From Candidatus Caldarchaeum sp. (lineage in GTDB: Archaea > Thermoproteota > Nitrososphaeria_A > Caldarchaeales > Caldarchaeaceae): a stretch of DNA of 64,000 bases. Positions 27,589 to 37,028 of the stretch are shown piece after piece (the stretch's first letter is position 1; every line of letters starts with the position of its first letter). Location of the stretch: the NCBI GenBank assembly GCA_038885755.1, contig JAVZZH010000001.1, positions 64,001 to 128,000 of the forward strand, given 5' to 3'. The notes under the pieces are model-generated. The model was not told the origin of the DNA. It made no database searches and was given only the letters and a program-made list of their open reading frames with translations. A program made the position numbers and the translations under genes.

Positions 27589-28626
27589 ATGGTCAAGTGC
27601 TTTTTCCTGCTTTCGGGCGAAAACCCCAACCTTTCAGCCGCCGAGCTTCAGCACGTTCTAGAGATCTACAGATGCGGACAGGACTTCCAGCTGCTGACGC
27701 CTAGGGTGGCTGTTGCAACAATTCCTCCAAGCCTCCTCTCCGACGTGGTCTTCCGAGCAGCTTACACGAAGATTGCCGGTGTTTATCTGGGCCACGGCCG
27801 GACCAGCATCCTGTCCGAGGGGAACATACCGTTGGATGATGGTTGGAGGATGGTCGAGCAGCTCGGCGTCGAGAAGTTTCGAGTCGACGTCGTTAAGCTG
27901 GGAGGGGCGTCTGTCAACTCTTTGGAGGTCGAGAAGAAAACCGCTGAAGCTCTATCCAGCCTCTTTCCCAAGATGAGGGTCTGCATGGACAACCCCGACA
28001 TCGTCGTCGGAGTAGTGGTTTCGCCAGATACTTATGTCGCAGGGTTTTTAAAGGCGGTCAAGCCCAAGCATTTTTTCCAGCTGAGGCGCGCCGGCAGAAG
28101 GCCTTTCCGGATACCGTCAGCCCTGCAGCCTAAGCTAGCCAGATGCCTCGTCAACCTGTCCGTAGCCAGCTTGGACTGCAACCTGCTCGACCCTTTCGCC
28201 GGGTCTGGAGCGGTCGTCGTTGAGGCGGGGCTGCTGGGCCACGAGGCTGTTGGGCTTGAGCTGAGGACGTGGATATCCAACGGCATGGCTGTCAACACTT
28301 CTTTCTTCTGCCCATCGGTCTGCCACGTTGTTCAGGGAGACGCCGTAAGAATGCCTTTCAGGAAAGCCTTCGCAGCCGTAGCCACCGACCCGCCCTACGG
28401 AAAATCCTCAACGCTCGCTGGACGAGGGTTCAAACAGCTTTTGGCGAGGTTTTTCGAAGCTGTCCAAACACTTCTTAAGCCCGGAGGAAGGGTCTCCATC
28501 GTGGTGCCGGACAACGAGTACGAAAACCTGCTGGATGCTTCGCAGGGGTTCAAGCCCCTACAACGACACGACGTCTACGTCCACAAAAGCTTGACTAGAA
28601 GGGTCGTGGTGCTGAAGCTTGAGTGA
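27589..28626 (+). CDS. tRNA (guanine-10-N2) methyltransferase, THUMP + Rossmann (Trm11/TrmG10)
   Basis: LLSGEN, THUMP-like region, LDPFAGSG, TDPPYG. Confidence 0.88.
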   Translation: MVKCFFLLSGENPNLSAAELQHVLEIYRCGQDFQLLTPRVAVATIPPSLLSDVVFRAAYTKIAGVYLGHGRTSILSEGNIPLDDGWRMVEQLGVEKFRVDVVKLGGASVNSLEVEKKTAEALSSLFPKMRVCMDNPDIVVGVVVSPDTYVAGFLKAVKPKHFFQLRRAGRRPFRIPSALQPKLARCLVNLSVASLDCNLLDPFAGSGAVVVEAGLLGHEAVGLELRTWISNGMAVNTSFFCPSVCHVVQGDAVRMPFRKAFAAVATDPPYGKSSTLAGRGFKQLLARFFEAVQTLLKPGGRVSIVVPDNEYENLLDASQGFKPLQRHDVYVHKSLTRRVVVLKLE

Positions 28627-29536
28627 GATGAGAATATGCTTTCTGGGAACGGGCGGCGGCATGCCTTCCAAGAAGAGAGGCCTTCCCTCGATAGCCGTAA
28701 GGCTGAAGAGGTCTCTGGTCATCTTCGACTGCGGCGAGGGAACTCAGCGCCAGCTCATGCTGGCAGGGCTGGGGATGAAGCCCAACATCCACGTCTTCAT
28801 AACCCACCTCCACGGAGACCACGTTTTGGGCCTTCCCGGCCTTCTTTTCACATGGTCGATGAATGGAAGAACCTCTGAGGTTCACGTCCACGGTCCTCCG
28901 GGCCTCGCCCGGTTCCTGAGGTCTGTGATGATGCCTCAGCTCGGGAGGCTAGGTTTCGAGGTGAAGGTGGACGAGCTTCATCCAAACACCTCGACGAGGA
29001 TTGAGGACGTGGCTGTGTCATGCTTCTCGACTGAACACACCTCACCGTCATACGGCTACGTGCTGGAGGAGGACATGCGGCCCGGGAAGATGCGCGTCGA
29101 GTTCCTCGAATCGCTGGGCCTGCCGAAAGGCCCTCTCTGGGGCATGCTGCAGCGTGGAAACCCTGTCATCTATAACAACAGAGTCATCACGCCTGAGGAG
29201 GCTTTGGAGCCATCCCGGCCTGGGAGGAAACTGGTCTACACGGGGGACACTAGGCCTTGCAGCAGCGTCGTCGAGGCATCGCTGAAAGCCGACGTGCTGA
29301 TACACGACTCCACTTTTGACGACGGCATGCTGGAGAAAGCAGTGGAGGAGGGGCATTCGACCGCCTCGGAAGCGGCTGGGGTCGCTCTGCGGGCCGGTGT
29401 GAAGCGCCTGTATCTTTTCCACGTAAGCCCGAGGTATGAAGACGAGAGCCTGCTGCTCAACCAAGCTCGCAAAGTTTTCCCCGAGTCCTACGTGCCTAGA
29501 GACCTCGAAGTCTACAGCGTTCCGTTCACTCAGTGA
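28619..29536 (+). CDS. rnz: Ribonuclease Z
   Basis: FLGTGG..PS..R, DCGEGTQ, THLHGDH, GP exosite arm, GDT, HST, HVSPRY. Confidence 0.97.
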   Translation: MSEMRICFLGTGGGMPSKKRGLPSIAVRLKRSLVIFDCGEGTQRQLMLAGLGMKPNIHVFITHLHGDHVLGLPGLLFTWSMNGRTSEVHVHGPPGLARFLRSVMMPQLGRLGFEVKVDELHPNTSTRIEDVAVSCFSTEHTSPSYGYVLEEDMRPGKMRVEFLESLGLPKGPLWGMLQRGNPVIYNNRVITPEEALEPSRPGRKLVYTGDTRPCSSVVEASLKADVLIHDSTFDDGMLEKAVEEGHSTASEAAGVALRAGVKRLYLFHVSPRYEDESLLLNQARKVFPESYVPRDLEVYSVPFTQ

Positions 29537-29903
29537 GCCACCTTACCAGCCCGTCCGCGTCCTCGCAGTAGACCTTCACCGTGATAGGGCCCAACGCAAC
29601 CACTTCACCGGGCTCGTAGAACGAAAGCCTCCCCACGTAGGCGGCCTGCTTGTTGACGTAGAACACCAGCGAGTTCCCCTTCATCCCCTTGGAGAGAACC
29701 GCCCGAGCGGCTGCCCTAATCCTGCGAGAACGAATCAGCATCCGTAGCTTTTCAAAGCCCTCAACTGAGTCGAACGAGGCGAAGACTTTGTCCGAGTCCT
29801 GTATGACAGAGGCCTTGGGGAAAATGTTCAGGACTGCTTTTAAGACCTTCGACAAGGACTCTGTCGGGTTGACGGGCGCCGTTATCTCTGCGGAGAGCTT
29901 CAC
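29526..29903 (-). CDS. DUF54/UPF0201 RNA-binding-like protein
   Basis: VNPTE..KV..AV.NIFP, NKQAAYVG, LGPI motifs. Confidence 0.85.
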   Translation of the reverse strand: MKLSAEITAPVNPTESLSKVLKAVLNIFPKASVIQDSDKVFASFDSVEGFEKLRMLIRSRRIRAAARAVLSKGMKGNSLVFYVNKQAAYVGRLSFYEPGEVVALGPITVKVYCEDADGLVRWLTE

Positions 29904-30316
29904 AGCTGCGACCTGAGAGCCGACAAAGTCATCATGATGTTCAGAGTGTTCTCAAACAGCTCCGTCTGCGTGATACGGCCTATTATCTTACCTCCTTCGA
30001 CGACGAAAAGCCTACGGATGTTCTTCTCAGCAAGCTTTGCCATGGCCTCGCCTAACGAGGCGTCGGGTGAGATTACCTCAATAGGCGATGACATTATCTC
30101 GCCGACACGCATCGTCAACGAACAACCCTTCGCTATGCATCTCCGTATAACATCCCTTTCCGTGACCACGCCTACCGGCAGCTTGTTCCGTGTAATGACA
30201 ACAGACCAAACATCGTTCTCGATCATCTTCTTTACAACGTCCAGAACAGTCGCACCCTCATCGACCTCGACGACCTTTTTGTCCATGACATCCCTTACAC
30301 GCAGAGTGACAGGCAT
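29900..30316 (-). CDS. CBS-pair protein
   Basis: VRDVM, GVVTERD, IMSSP, IRRL..GRIT. Confidence 0.92.
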   Translation of the reverse strand: MPVTLRVRDVMDKKVVEVDEGATVLDVVKKMIENDVWSVVITRNKLPVGVVTERDVIRRCIAKGCSLTMRVGEIMSSPIEVISPDASLGEAMAKLAEKNIRRLFVVEGGKIIGRITQTELFENTLNIMMTLSALRSQL

Positions 30317-30402
30317 CTAAACCACGTCTATGACTGATTTCTTGCTTCTTTTAAACTTTCAAATTCAAACCCTTAATACCGCAGCGCAAACCACATAGCT
30401 GG

Positions 30403-31065
30403 ATGCACGAAAACACAATCATAGTTGTTTGGGAGGGGGTCGACGCAGCCGGTAAAACGACTCTGCTGGAGGCAACCTCGGAGAGGCTTAGAAGCCGTGG
30501 CATGCTGGTGGAAGCTTACAAAACTCCGAGCAACACCGAAACAGGAGGGTTCGCCACGTCCCGCGGCAACCAGCCTACAACCGACCCGCTCACACGAATG
30601 CTTCTCTTCCTGGCCAACACATCCGACGACAGCGCCGTCATCAAAAAAATAATCCATGAAAAAAGACCCGACTACATGTTCCTAGACAGGTACTACGCGT
30701 GCTCGATAGTCTACGGCTTCGCCCTCATCGGCAGAAAGCTCGGAAAAACCATGGACGACGACAAGCTTCTCAATTTCTACCGTTTAATCGAGGAGATGGG
30801 CTCCGACGTGTTTGTTAAGCCAGACTTGACGATTGTTGTGGAGGTTGATGAGCAGACTAGGAGGAGAAGGGTTCAGCAGAAGCATGAGGGCTCGGACCGC
30901 TCGTTTGAGGGAGATGAAATGCTTCAGAACTTGGTTCGGAGGTACTATGCTGCGCTGTTGAAGAACTTTGACAACTCTTTTGTAAGAGTTTTGAACGAGG
31001 ACAGCGTTGTTGACAGGTTGTCAGAAGAGCTGGCCGTCAAAATTCTGAGCCTGAGGAGGGTTTGA
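30403..31065 (+). CDS. tmk: Thymidylate kinase
   Basis: EGVDAAGKTT P-loop, LDRYY.CS..Y, KPDLTI. Confidence 0.88.
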   Translation: MHENTIIVVWEGVDAAGKTTLLEATSERLRSRGMLVEAYKTPSNTETGGFATSRGNQPTTDPLTRMLLFLANTSDDSAVIKKIIHEKRPDYMFLDRYYACSIVYGFALIGRKLGKTMDDDKLLNFYRLIEEMGSDVFVKPDLTIVVEVDEQTRRRRVQQKHEGSDRSFEGDEMLQNLVRRYYAALLKNFDNSFVRVLNEDSVVDRLSEELAVKILSLRRV

Positions 31066-31069
31066 AGCT

Positions 31070-31624
31070 TTGGTGAGGGCCTTCATAGCTGTGGATGTCT
31101 CGGACGAGGAGACGGTCAAGAACATCGTCAACGTGCAGAACGAGTTGATGAGGGTTGGGCGGGAAGGGCTGAAGCCGGTCGAGCCTCAGAACCTCCACCT
31201 AACCATACGTTTCTTGGGCGAAGTGTCCGACGACGAAGTGCAGCTGGTTTCAGAGGCTTTGAGCTTGGTTGATGCGAGGCAGTTCACCATGAGCATTAAA
31301 GGGCTGGGATACTTCCCCGGAGGAGGCAGAGTAAACGCGGTGTGGGCTGGCGTCGATCAGGGAGGGGAAGAGCTCAAGAAGATTCACGACAGCCTTGAGA
31401 AACTGCTTTCCGGCATAAGGATCGAGAAAGACAGCAGGTTCTCACCCCACCTGACTATATGCAGGGTCAAGTTTGTGAAGGACAAACAGGGTCTGCTCGA
31501 CGTAATAAGACGGAACAAGGAGACCTTCTTCGGCCAGCAGAAAGTCGACAGGATATGCCTGAAAAAAAGTGTTCTAACCTCTTCGGGCCCGGTTTACTCC
31601 GACCTAGCGGTGCGTAGAATTTGA
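31070..31624 (+). CDS. thpR: RNA 2',3'-cyclic phosphodiesterase (2H family)
   Basis: RAFIA, two HLT motifs, LKKSVL..GPVY. Confidence 0.93.
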   Translation: MVRAFIAVDVSDEETVKNIVNVQNELMRVGREGLKPVEPQNLHLTIRFLGEVSDDEVQLVSEALSLVDARQFTMSIKGLGYFPGGGRVNAVWAGVDQGGEELKKIHDSLEKLLSGIRIEKDSRFSPHLTICRVKFVKDKQGLLDVIRRNKETFFGQQKVDRICLKKSVLTSSGPVYSDLAVRRI

Positions 31625-32961
31625 GACAGGTTCTCGAACAGGTTTTGGAGATGGTTAGGCCGTTGCCGGAGACTCTGAGGTCTGCGGCAGAGCTAGCCGA
31701 CCGTCTGGTGGGTCTTGTTGAGGAGTTTTTCGGCCCCGGCACAGCTTCCGTCGAGGGGTCCTTCGCCAAGGGCACTATGGTTAGGGGGCGGGAGGAGGTT
31801 GATGTCTTCGTCCACTTTAAACCAGATGTGCCCGTTGAGAAAGCTTCTCAGATGGTTTTGGCCAGAGGGGTTGAAATAATCAATAGCCTTGGAGGCGCCG
31901 TCCGTCTAAGGTATGCAAGCCATCCCTACGTCGAGGGCTTCGTGGATGGGCTGAGAGTGAACATAGTGCCTTGCTACGACGTGGAGCACGGCCGGTGGAT
32001 TACGCCTGTCGACAGAACACCGCACCATACAAGGTACGTCAAGAATATGATGGATGAAAGAATGGCCGACGAAACCCGGCTTCTCAAGGCTTTCCTCATG
32101 AACGATGGTCTATACGGGGCCGAGATTAGGGTTCGTGGCTTCAGCGGCTACGTGTGCGAGCTTCTGACGATCAAGCACGGCTCCTTCCAAGCGTTGCTGG
32201 AGAAGGCCGTCGGCTGGAGGCCCCCCGTAGTCCTTGACGGCGATGCGTCGGAACACCGAGAAGCCGTCATGATCCTGCCGGACCCCGTCGACAGGTCTAG
32301 GAACGCAGCTGCAGCCGTCTCGCTGACCTCTCTCTCCAAGTTCATCATGAAGACCAAGCTGTTTCTCAGAAAGCCGGCCAAGTCGTTCTTCACAGACAGA
32401 GCACACGACGGGGTCAGGCTGGATGGCCGCCGGTTCATGGGCTTGGTGTTCGACCTGCCTGAAAGGCCTCCTGACGTGCTTTGGGGCGAGCTCCACAAAA
32501 CCATGAACGGGCTGGGAAAGGCCTTGACGACCCACGGCTACCGACTCCTGAGGATGGATTGCTGGTTAGAGGGCCTTAAAGCAGTCATTCTGTATGAGCT
32601 CGAAGCGCTGTCTCTGCCGGCGGTCTACTTGCACGTAGGGCCTCCGGTATGGAGCAGGAGCGCCGTTGAGTTTGTTGAGGAGCAGGCTAAGAAGGAAGAC
32701 CTTGCAGCCTGTCCTTGGGTGTACGGCGACAGGCTCTACTCCCTCCGTAGAAGAAAACACACCAACGCCGTGGACTTTGTGAGGCACGTGGTCGAGCAGG
32801 ACCTTGCAGCGGTCTCGAAGGAGCTGAAGCCCTACCTCAAGAACATGACAGCAACCACAGACCTCCAGCAGATTACTCTGTCGCAGGACGGTAAACGCTT
32901 CCTCGAGGAGTTTACACGAGCATGTCCGAACTTCATAGCCCTGTACAATTTATCGCGCTAG
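31621..32961 (+). CDS. cca: CCA-adding enzyme (class I)
   Basis: GSFAKGT..EVD, HPYV, DRTPHHT, GFSGY, DPVD..RN. Confidence 0.96.
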   Translation: MRQVLEQVLEMVRPLPETLRSAAELADRLVGLVEEFFGPGTASVEGSFAKGTMVRGREEVDVFVHFKPDVPVEKASQMVLARGVEIINSLGGAVRLRYASHPYVEGFVDGLRVNIVPCYDVEHGRWITPVDRTPHHTRYVKNMMDERMADETRLLKAFLMNDGLYGAEIRVRGFSGYVCELLTIKHGSFQALLEKAVGWRPPVVLDGDASEHREAVMILPDPVDRSRNAAAAVSLTSLSKFIMKTKLFLRKPAKSFFTDRAHDGVRLDGRRFMGLVFDLPERPPDVLWGELHKTMNGLGKALTTHGYRLLRMDCWLEGLKAVILYELEALSLPAVYLHVGPPVWSRSAVEFVEEQAKKEDLAACPWVYGDRLYSLRRRKHTNAVDFVRHVVEQDLAAVSKELKPYLKNMTATTDLQQITLSQDGKRFLEEFTRACPNFIALYNLSR

Positions 32962-33692
32962 ACGAACTGGTTCAAACGCGCGTTGACTTAGGCGTGCTAG
33001 CTTATCCGTCAGCGTCGCCAGACCAAGTTCTTGAAAGAGTTTCAGCCATGACGGATCTGGGTGTTTCAGCTCTGGCCGTCAAGCTTGCCGGCGAGAAGCG
33101 TGTCCTGCATCTTGTTGGGAAAGGGGTTAGGGGAGTCGTCGTGCTCGGGCTTATGGAGGGCTGCAGGGTTGCGGTGAAGCTTCTCAGGACTGACGCGTCG
33201 GTGAAGAGCATGGAGCGGGAGGCGGTGATGCATTCCAAGGCAAACAGCGTAGGCGTGGGCCCGCGATTGTACAGCTGGAGCCGGATTATGACGGTCATGG
33301 AGTACGTGGAGGGATCCAGCCTAGGGCAGCTTGTATCGGCGACGCCCAGAAATCAGCTGAAGTCTGTGTTTGAAGAATGTCTTAACCAAGCCTACATCCT
33401 AGACTCGCATGGAATAGACCATGGCCAGCTTTCAAACGCCTCAGACCACGTGATGGTCTCATCATCGGGAGCAACATACATCATCGACTTCAGCCACTCC
33501 TCGGTCTCAAGAAAACCCGCCAACCTCACCTCAATCATCTCCTACCTGTTGAACGTCGCAGCCAAAAACAAGGCTAGAGACCAGCCGCTCTTCTCCCTGC
33601 TAAAACTCTACAAACAGCTATACTCAAGGGCCTTATTTGACCAGGTTAAAAGCCGTGTCCTCCACCTCGTCATGGAAGAGCCTATTTACTAG
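32922..33692 (+). CDS. RIO/Bud32-like Ser/Thr protein kinase
   Basis: GKGVRGVV, VAVK, VGP.L, MEYVEG, DHGQL, IIDF. Confidence 0.85.
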   Translation: MSELHSPVQFIALDELVQTRVDLGVLAYPSASPDQVLERVSAMTDLGVSALAVKLAGEKRVLHLVGKGVRGVVVLGLMEGCRVAVKLLRTDASVKSMEREAVMHSKANSVGVGPRLYSWSRIMTVMEYVEGSSLGQLVSATPRNQLKSVFEECLNQAYILDSHGIDHGQLSNASDHVMVSSSGATYIIDFSHSSVSRKPANLTSIISYLLNVAAKNKARDQPLFSLLKLYKQLYSRALFDQVKSRVLHLVMEEPIY

Positions 33693-33701
33693 TGCGTAGG
33701 T

Positions 33702-35090
33702 GTGTTTTTGATGCTTGACGACGAGGGTCTCGAAAAGCTTAGGTCGTCTCTCTGCTGCGGCAAGCTCATGACAGACCCGGACACGCTTGAGAGATACTCG
33801 AGGGACATGGGCGGGTTCTACAGAAGGCCCTCTGCTGTCGCAGTAGCTGGATGTGTCGAGGACGTCAGCCGTGTGATGCGGTTCTGCAACGAGAGGAGAA
33901 TCCCGGTCACAGCGTGGGGCGCGGGGTCGAGCCTCACCGGGGCTGTTGTCTCTGACAGCCTCATCCTCGACCTTTCAAGGCTGGACAGGATCCTGAAAAT
34001 CGACACGACGAACTACTACGTCCACGTAGAGGCGGGCGTGGTTCTTGAGAACCTCAACAGAGAGCTGGAGAAACACGGCTTCTTCTTCCCACCCGACCCA
34101 GCCAGCAGCTTCATATGCACGGTGGGCGGAGCGGTTGCCGAGGGCTCCGGAGGCCTGAGATGCGTCAAGTACGGTACGGTCAAGGACTGGGTTTTGGCGT
34201 TGAAAGTCGTGCTGGCGGACGGAAGCGTAGTCGTCGTTGGCGAGCCTCTGGCGAAGAACAGAGCGGGATACAACCTCGTCCAGCTTTTCGTCGGCAGCGA
34301 GGGAACGCTGGGAATAATCGTGGAGGCATGGCTGAAAATAGCTCCTTTACCCGACGTCGCGCTGAGAAGGGTTTACGCCGTTTTCGACAGCTGGGTTGAC
34401 GCAGGAAACACGATACTCGAGGTCCGCAGAAGCAGGATAGTGCCGAGGATGCTGGAGTTCTTCGATAACGTAGGAATTGAAGCAGCCAACAAACTTCACG
34501 GGGTCCAACTACCCTACGGCGAAGCGATGCTGCTGATAGACGTCGAGGAATACAGAGGAAACGAGTTGCCAACCCTCCTAAACATACTTAAGAAGAACAA
34601 GGCACGAGAAATAAGAGTTGCAGAGTCTGACGAGGAGGCTGACAAACTCCTGCAGATAAGAACAACCATGTACCTCGCAATAAACAACTTGTCTAAGGCG
34701 AGGATGGTTGAAGACGTATGCGTTCCCATAGACAAGATCATAGACTACTTGACGAAGGTCAAAGAGCTGTCCCAAAAATATGGATTGACAATCGCCATGA
34801 ACGGCCACGCCGGAGACGGAAACATTCATCCCAGCATCCTCTACGACCCAGACAACCCTGAGGAGGTAGCTAAGGCTAACAAAGTAGTCGACGAGCTTAT
34901 TAGATACTCGACCGAAATAGGTGGAACAATAACAGGCGAACACGGTATAGGGCTGCAGAAGATGCATCATCTCGCTCAGCAGCTGAACCTACACAACGGC
35001 CCACAAGTCCTCAGTCTGATGAAGGGTTTGAAGAAGCTTTTCGACCCGAACAACATACTTAACCCCGGGAAATACATCGACCAGTCATGA
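33702..35090 (+). CDS. FAD-linked oxidase, GlcD/D-lactate dehydrogenase family
   Basis: FPPDPAS, GSEGTLG, HAGDGNIH, GEHGIG, FDPNNILNPGK. Confidence 0.93.
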   Translation: MFLMLDDEGLEKLRSSLCCGKLMTDPDTLERYSRDMGGFYRRPSAVAVAGCVEDVSRVMRFCNERRIPVTAWGAGSSLTGAVVSDSLILDLSRLDRILKIDTTNYYVHVEAGVVLENLNRELEKHGFFFPPDPASSFICTVGGAVAEGSGGLRCVKYGTVKDWVLALKVVLADGSVVVVGEPLAKNRAGYNLVQLFVGSEGTLGIIVEAWLKIAPLPDVALRRVYAVFDSWVDAGNTILEVRRSRIVPRMLEFFDNVGIEAANKLHGVQLPYGEAMLLIDVEEYRGNELPTLLNILKKNKAREIRVAESDEEADKLLQIRTTMYLAINNLSKARMVEDVCVPIDKIIDYLTKVKELSQKYGLTIAMNGHAGDGNIHPSILYDPDNPEEVAKANKVVDELIRYSTEIGGTITGEHGIGLQKMHHLAQQLNLHNGPQVLSLMKGLKKLFDPNNILNPGKYIDQS

Positions 35091-35977
35091 AAACGATAGC
35101 CGTCGACTTCGGCGCAACGATGCTCCGGTTCGCCGTAGTGGAGAAGTTCAGGATTGTCAGGAGAATTGTCTGCACGACACCCAAGACGCTGGCGGAGCTC
35201 AGGCGTGTCTTCCGAAACTCCTTCAACATGCTGTATAGTATGGGTGTTTCGAGGAACGCTCCAGTCGGCATAGCCTCGATAGGGCCTTTCGAACACGAGG
35301 GCGTCGTCAGGGCAACCAACATCGGCGGGTTGAGGATAAACCTCCGCAAAATCGTTGAGGAGACGCATGGGGGGAAAATAACCATACTCAACGACTGCAC
35401 CGCAGCGGCCTTGGCTGAAAAAACCATAGGTCCGTGGAAAGCCCTCAAAAACCTCGTTTACGTCACGATCAGCACCGGGATAGGAGGAGGAGCTGTCGTC
35501 GACGGCCACCTGCTGATAGGCAAGGACGGGAACGCCGCCGAGATAGGACACATGGTTGTAGATTATCAAAGCAGTGTCGAATGCGGCTGCGGCGGGGTTG
35601 GGCACTGGGAGGCTTTCTGCTCGGGGGTTGGGCTGCCTAAGCTCGCACGTCAAGTAGTCGGCAGAGCTACGTGGGCTGACTCTAGGCAAGTCTTCGAAGC
35701 TGCTAGGCGGGGGGATAGGAGAGCCTTGACCGTGCTGAACAGGATGGCTCATTTCAACGCTGTGGGCTTCTCGAACGTCATGAACGTCTACGACCCAGAA
35801 ATCGTCATAGTGGGGGGAAGCGTGGCCCTCAACCATCCAGTCGAAACGGTCGAGAAGCCCAGACGCCTGCTCGATAAATACTCGATGCTCAGAAGCCCGC
35901 TGGTTCTAACATCCTTGGGCCACGACGGGCCTCTGCATGGCGCTGCAGTCGCCGCCCAGACGGAACACGAAAGTTAA
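35087..35977 (+). CDS. ROK-family sugar kinase (glucokinase-like)
   Basis: VDFGAT, NDC.AAALAE, STGIGGG, EIGH, CGCGGVGHWE. Confidence 0.92.
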   Translation: MKTIAVDFGATMLRFAVVEKFRIVRRIVCTTPKTLAELRRVFRNSFNMLYSMGVSRNAPVGIASIGPFEHEGVVRATNIGGLRINLRKIVEETHGGKITILNDCTAAALAEKTIGPWKALKNLVYVTISTGIGGGAVVDGHLLIGKDGNAAEIGHMVVDYQSSVECGCGGVGHWEAFCSGVGLPKLARQVVGRATWADSRQVFEAARRGDRRALTVLNRMAHFNAVGFSNVMNVYDPEIVIVGGSVALNHPVETVEKPRRLLDKYSMLRSPLVLTSLGHDGPLHGAAVAAQTEHES

Positions 35978-36004
35978 TATATTTACAAGAAGCCTAATCA
36001 GCTA

Positions 36005-36508
36005 ATGAAAGCTTTTGTTCTAGGAACTGTTGGGACGAGGAGCGGCTTGACCGAGACGCTCGCTGCCGTGAGGTCCGACAAAAACATAGAGGAATCCTAC
36101 TTAATCTGGGGCCCGTACGACACTGTGTCAAAAGTAAGCTGTGAATCCCTCAAGCATCTCAACCAAGTTCTCGACGTGATGAGGGAGCATGGAGTCGTCG
36201 ACACAAACACGCTCATCGTAAACGAGGGAGGCCTGTCTTTCGAGAAGGAGAACTGCGGAAAAACCCGTAAATGCGCCTACATCTTCATAAAGATGAGGAG
36301 GCCGTCGGCCCCGAAGCTCTGGGAAAAATACCTGATGTCGATAGAAGAGGTCCTTGAAGGACATGAATTGTTCGGCATGTGGGACGTGGTCGTCAGCGTG
36401 GCTGAGGAGGCTAGGGACGACTTCTTCAACAGGGTTTTCAAAAGGCTGTGGCTACTGACCGAGGTGAACATGACCTCGACGCACACCATGTTCACTGTGA
36501 AGGAGTAG
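36005..36508 (+). CDS. Tandem Lrp/AsnC ligand-binding (RAM) domain protein without HTH
   Basis: KAFVL..WGPYD..TNTLI repeated as AYIFI..FGMWD..THTM. Confidence 0.75.
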   Translation: MKAFVLGTVGTRSGLTETLAAVRSDKNIEESYLIWGPYDTVSKVSCESLKHLNQVLDVMREHGVVDTNTLIVNEGGLSFEKENCGKTRKCAYIFIKMRRPSAPKLWEKYLMSIEEVLEGHELFGMWDVVVSVAEEARDDFFNRVFKRLWLLTEVNMTSTHTMFTVKE

Positions 36509-36551
36509 AAGTATCATAGTTAATAATACTCTAGCGGCTGGGGCATCAATA

Positions 36552-37028
36552 ATGACAAGCCTCAGGGAGTTCATGCGGAGAGTTCCACAGTGTGTGACGG
36601 TTGTGGCAACTTGTCATGAGGGCAAGCCGCATGGAATGACTGTAAGCTCGTTTGCTTCGGTTTCACTCAACCCTCCGCTGGTCGTCGTTTCTCTTGAGAG
36701 GAACACCATGACCTGCAGTAAGGTGCAAATGTCGAAGAAGTTCGCCGTAAACTTGCTGGGGCAGGATCAGTCGATGCTTTCGGACATTTTCGCGTACGTG
36801 GACCACGACGAGAGGTTTAAACGAGTCAAGTTCAGGATTGAGAAAGAGGTTTTTCCTGTTCTGGATGACGTGGTGGGAGTCCTGTTCTGCACGGTTGATA
36901 AGGCTTACGAGGCAGGAGACCATCTGCTCGTTGTCGGCAGGGTTGAAGAATGTAAAATCTACTCCGACAACCTTCCTCTCGTTTATCATCAGCGTCAGTA
37001 CTTCACAGTCGGACCGATTAGGGAGTAA
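36552..37028 (+). CDS. Flavin reductase (HpaC/RutF family)
   Basis: GMTVSSF.SVSL.PP, FAVNLL, GDH, PLVY. Confidence 0.92.
   Translation: MTSLREFMRRVPQCVTVVATCHEGKPHGMTVSSFASVSLNPPLVVVSLERNTMTCSKVQMSKKFAVNLLGQDQSMLSDIFAYVDHDERFKRVKFRIEKEVFPVLDDVVGVLFCTVDKAYEAGDHLLVVGRVEECKIYSDNLPLVYHQRQYFTVGPIRE

Noticed and set aside
34976-35836. Long antisense ORFs (286 aa here; also 52358..53098, 18408..19004 and many shorter)
   Set aside because: Shadow frames of well-supported genes in GC-rich DNA, with no motifs
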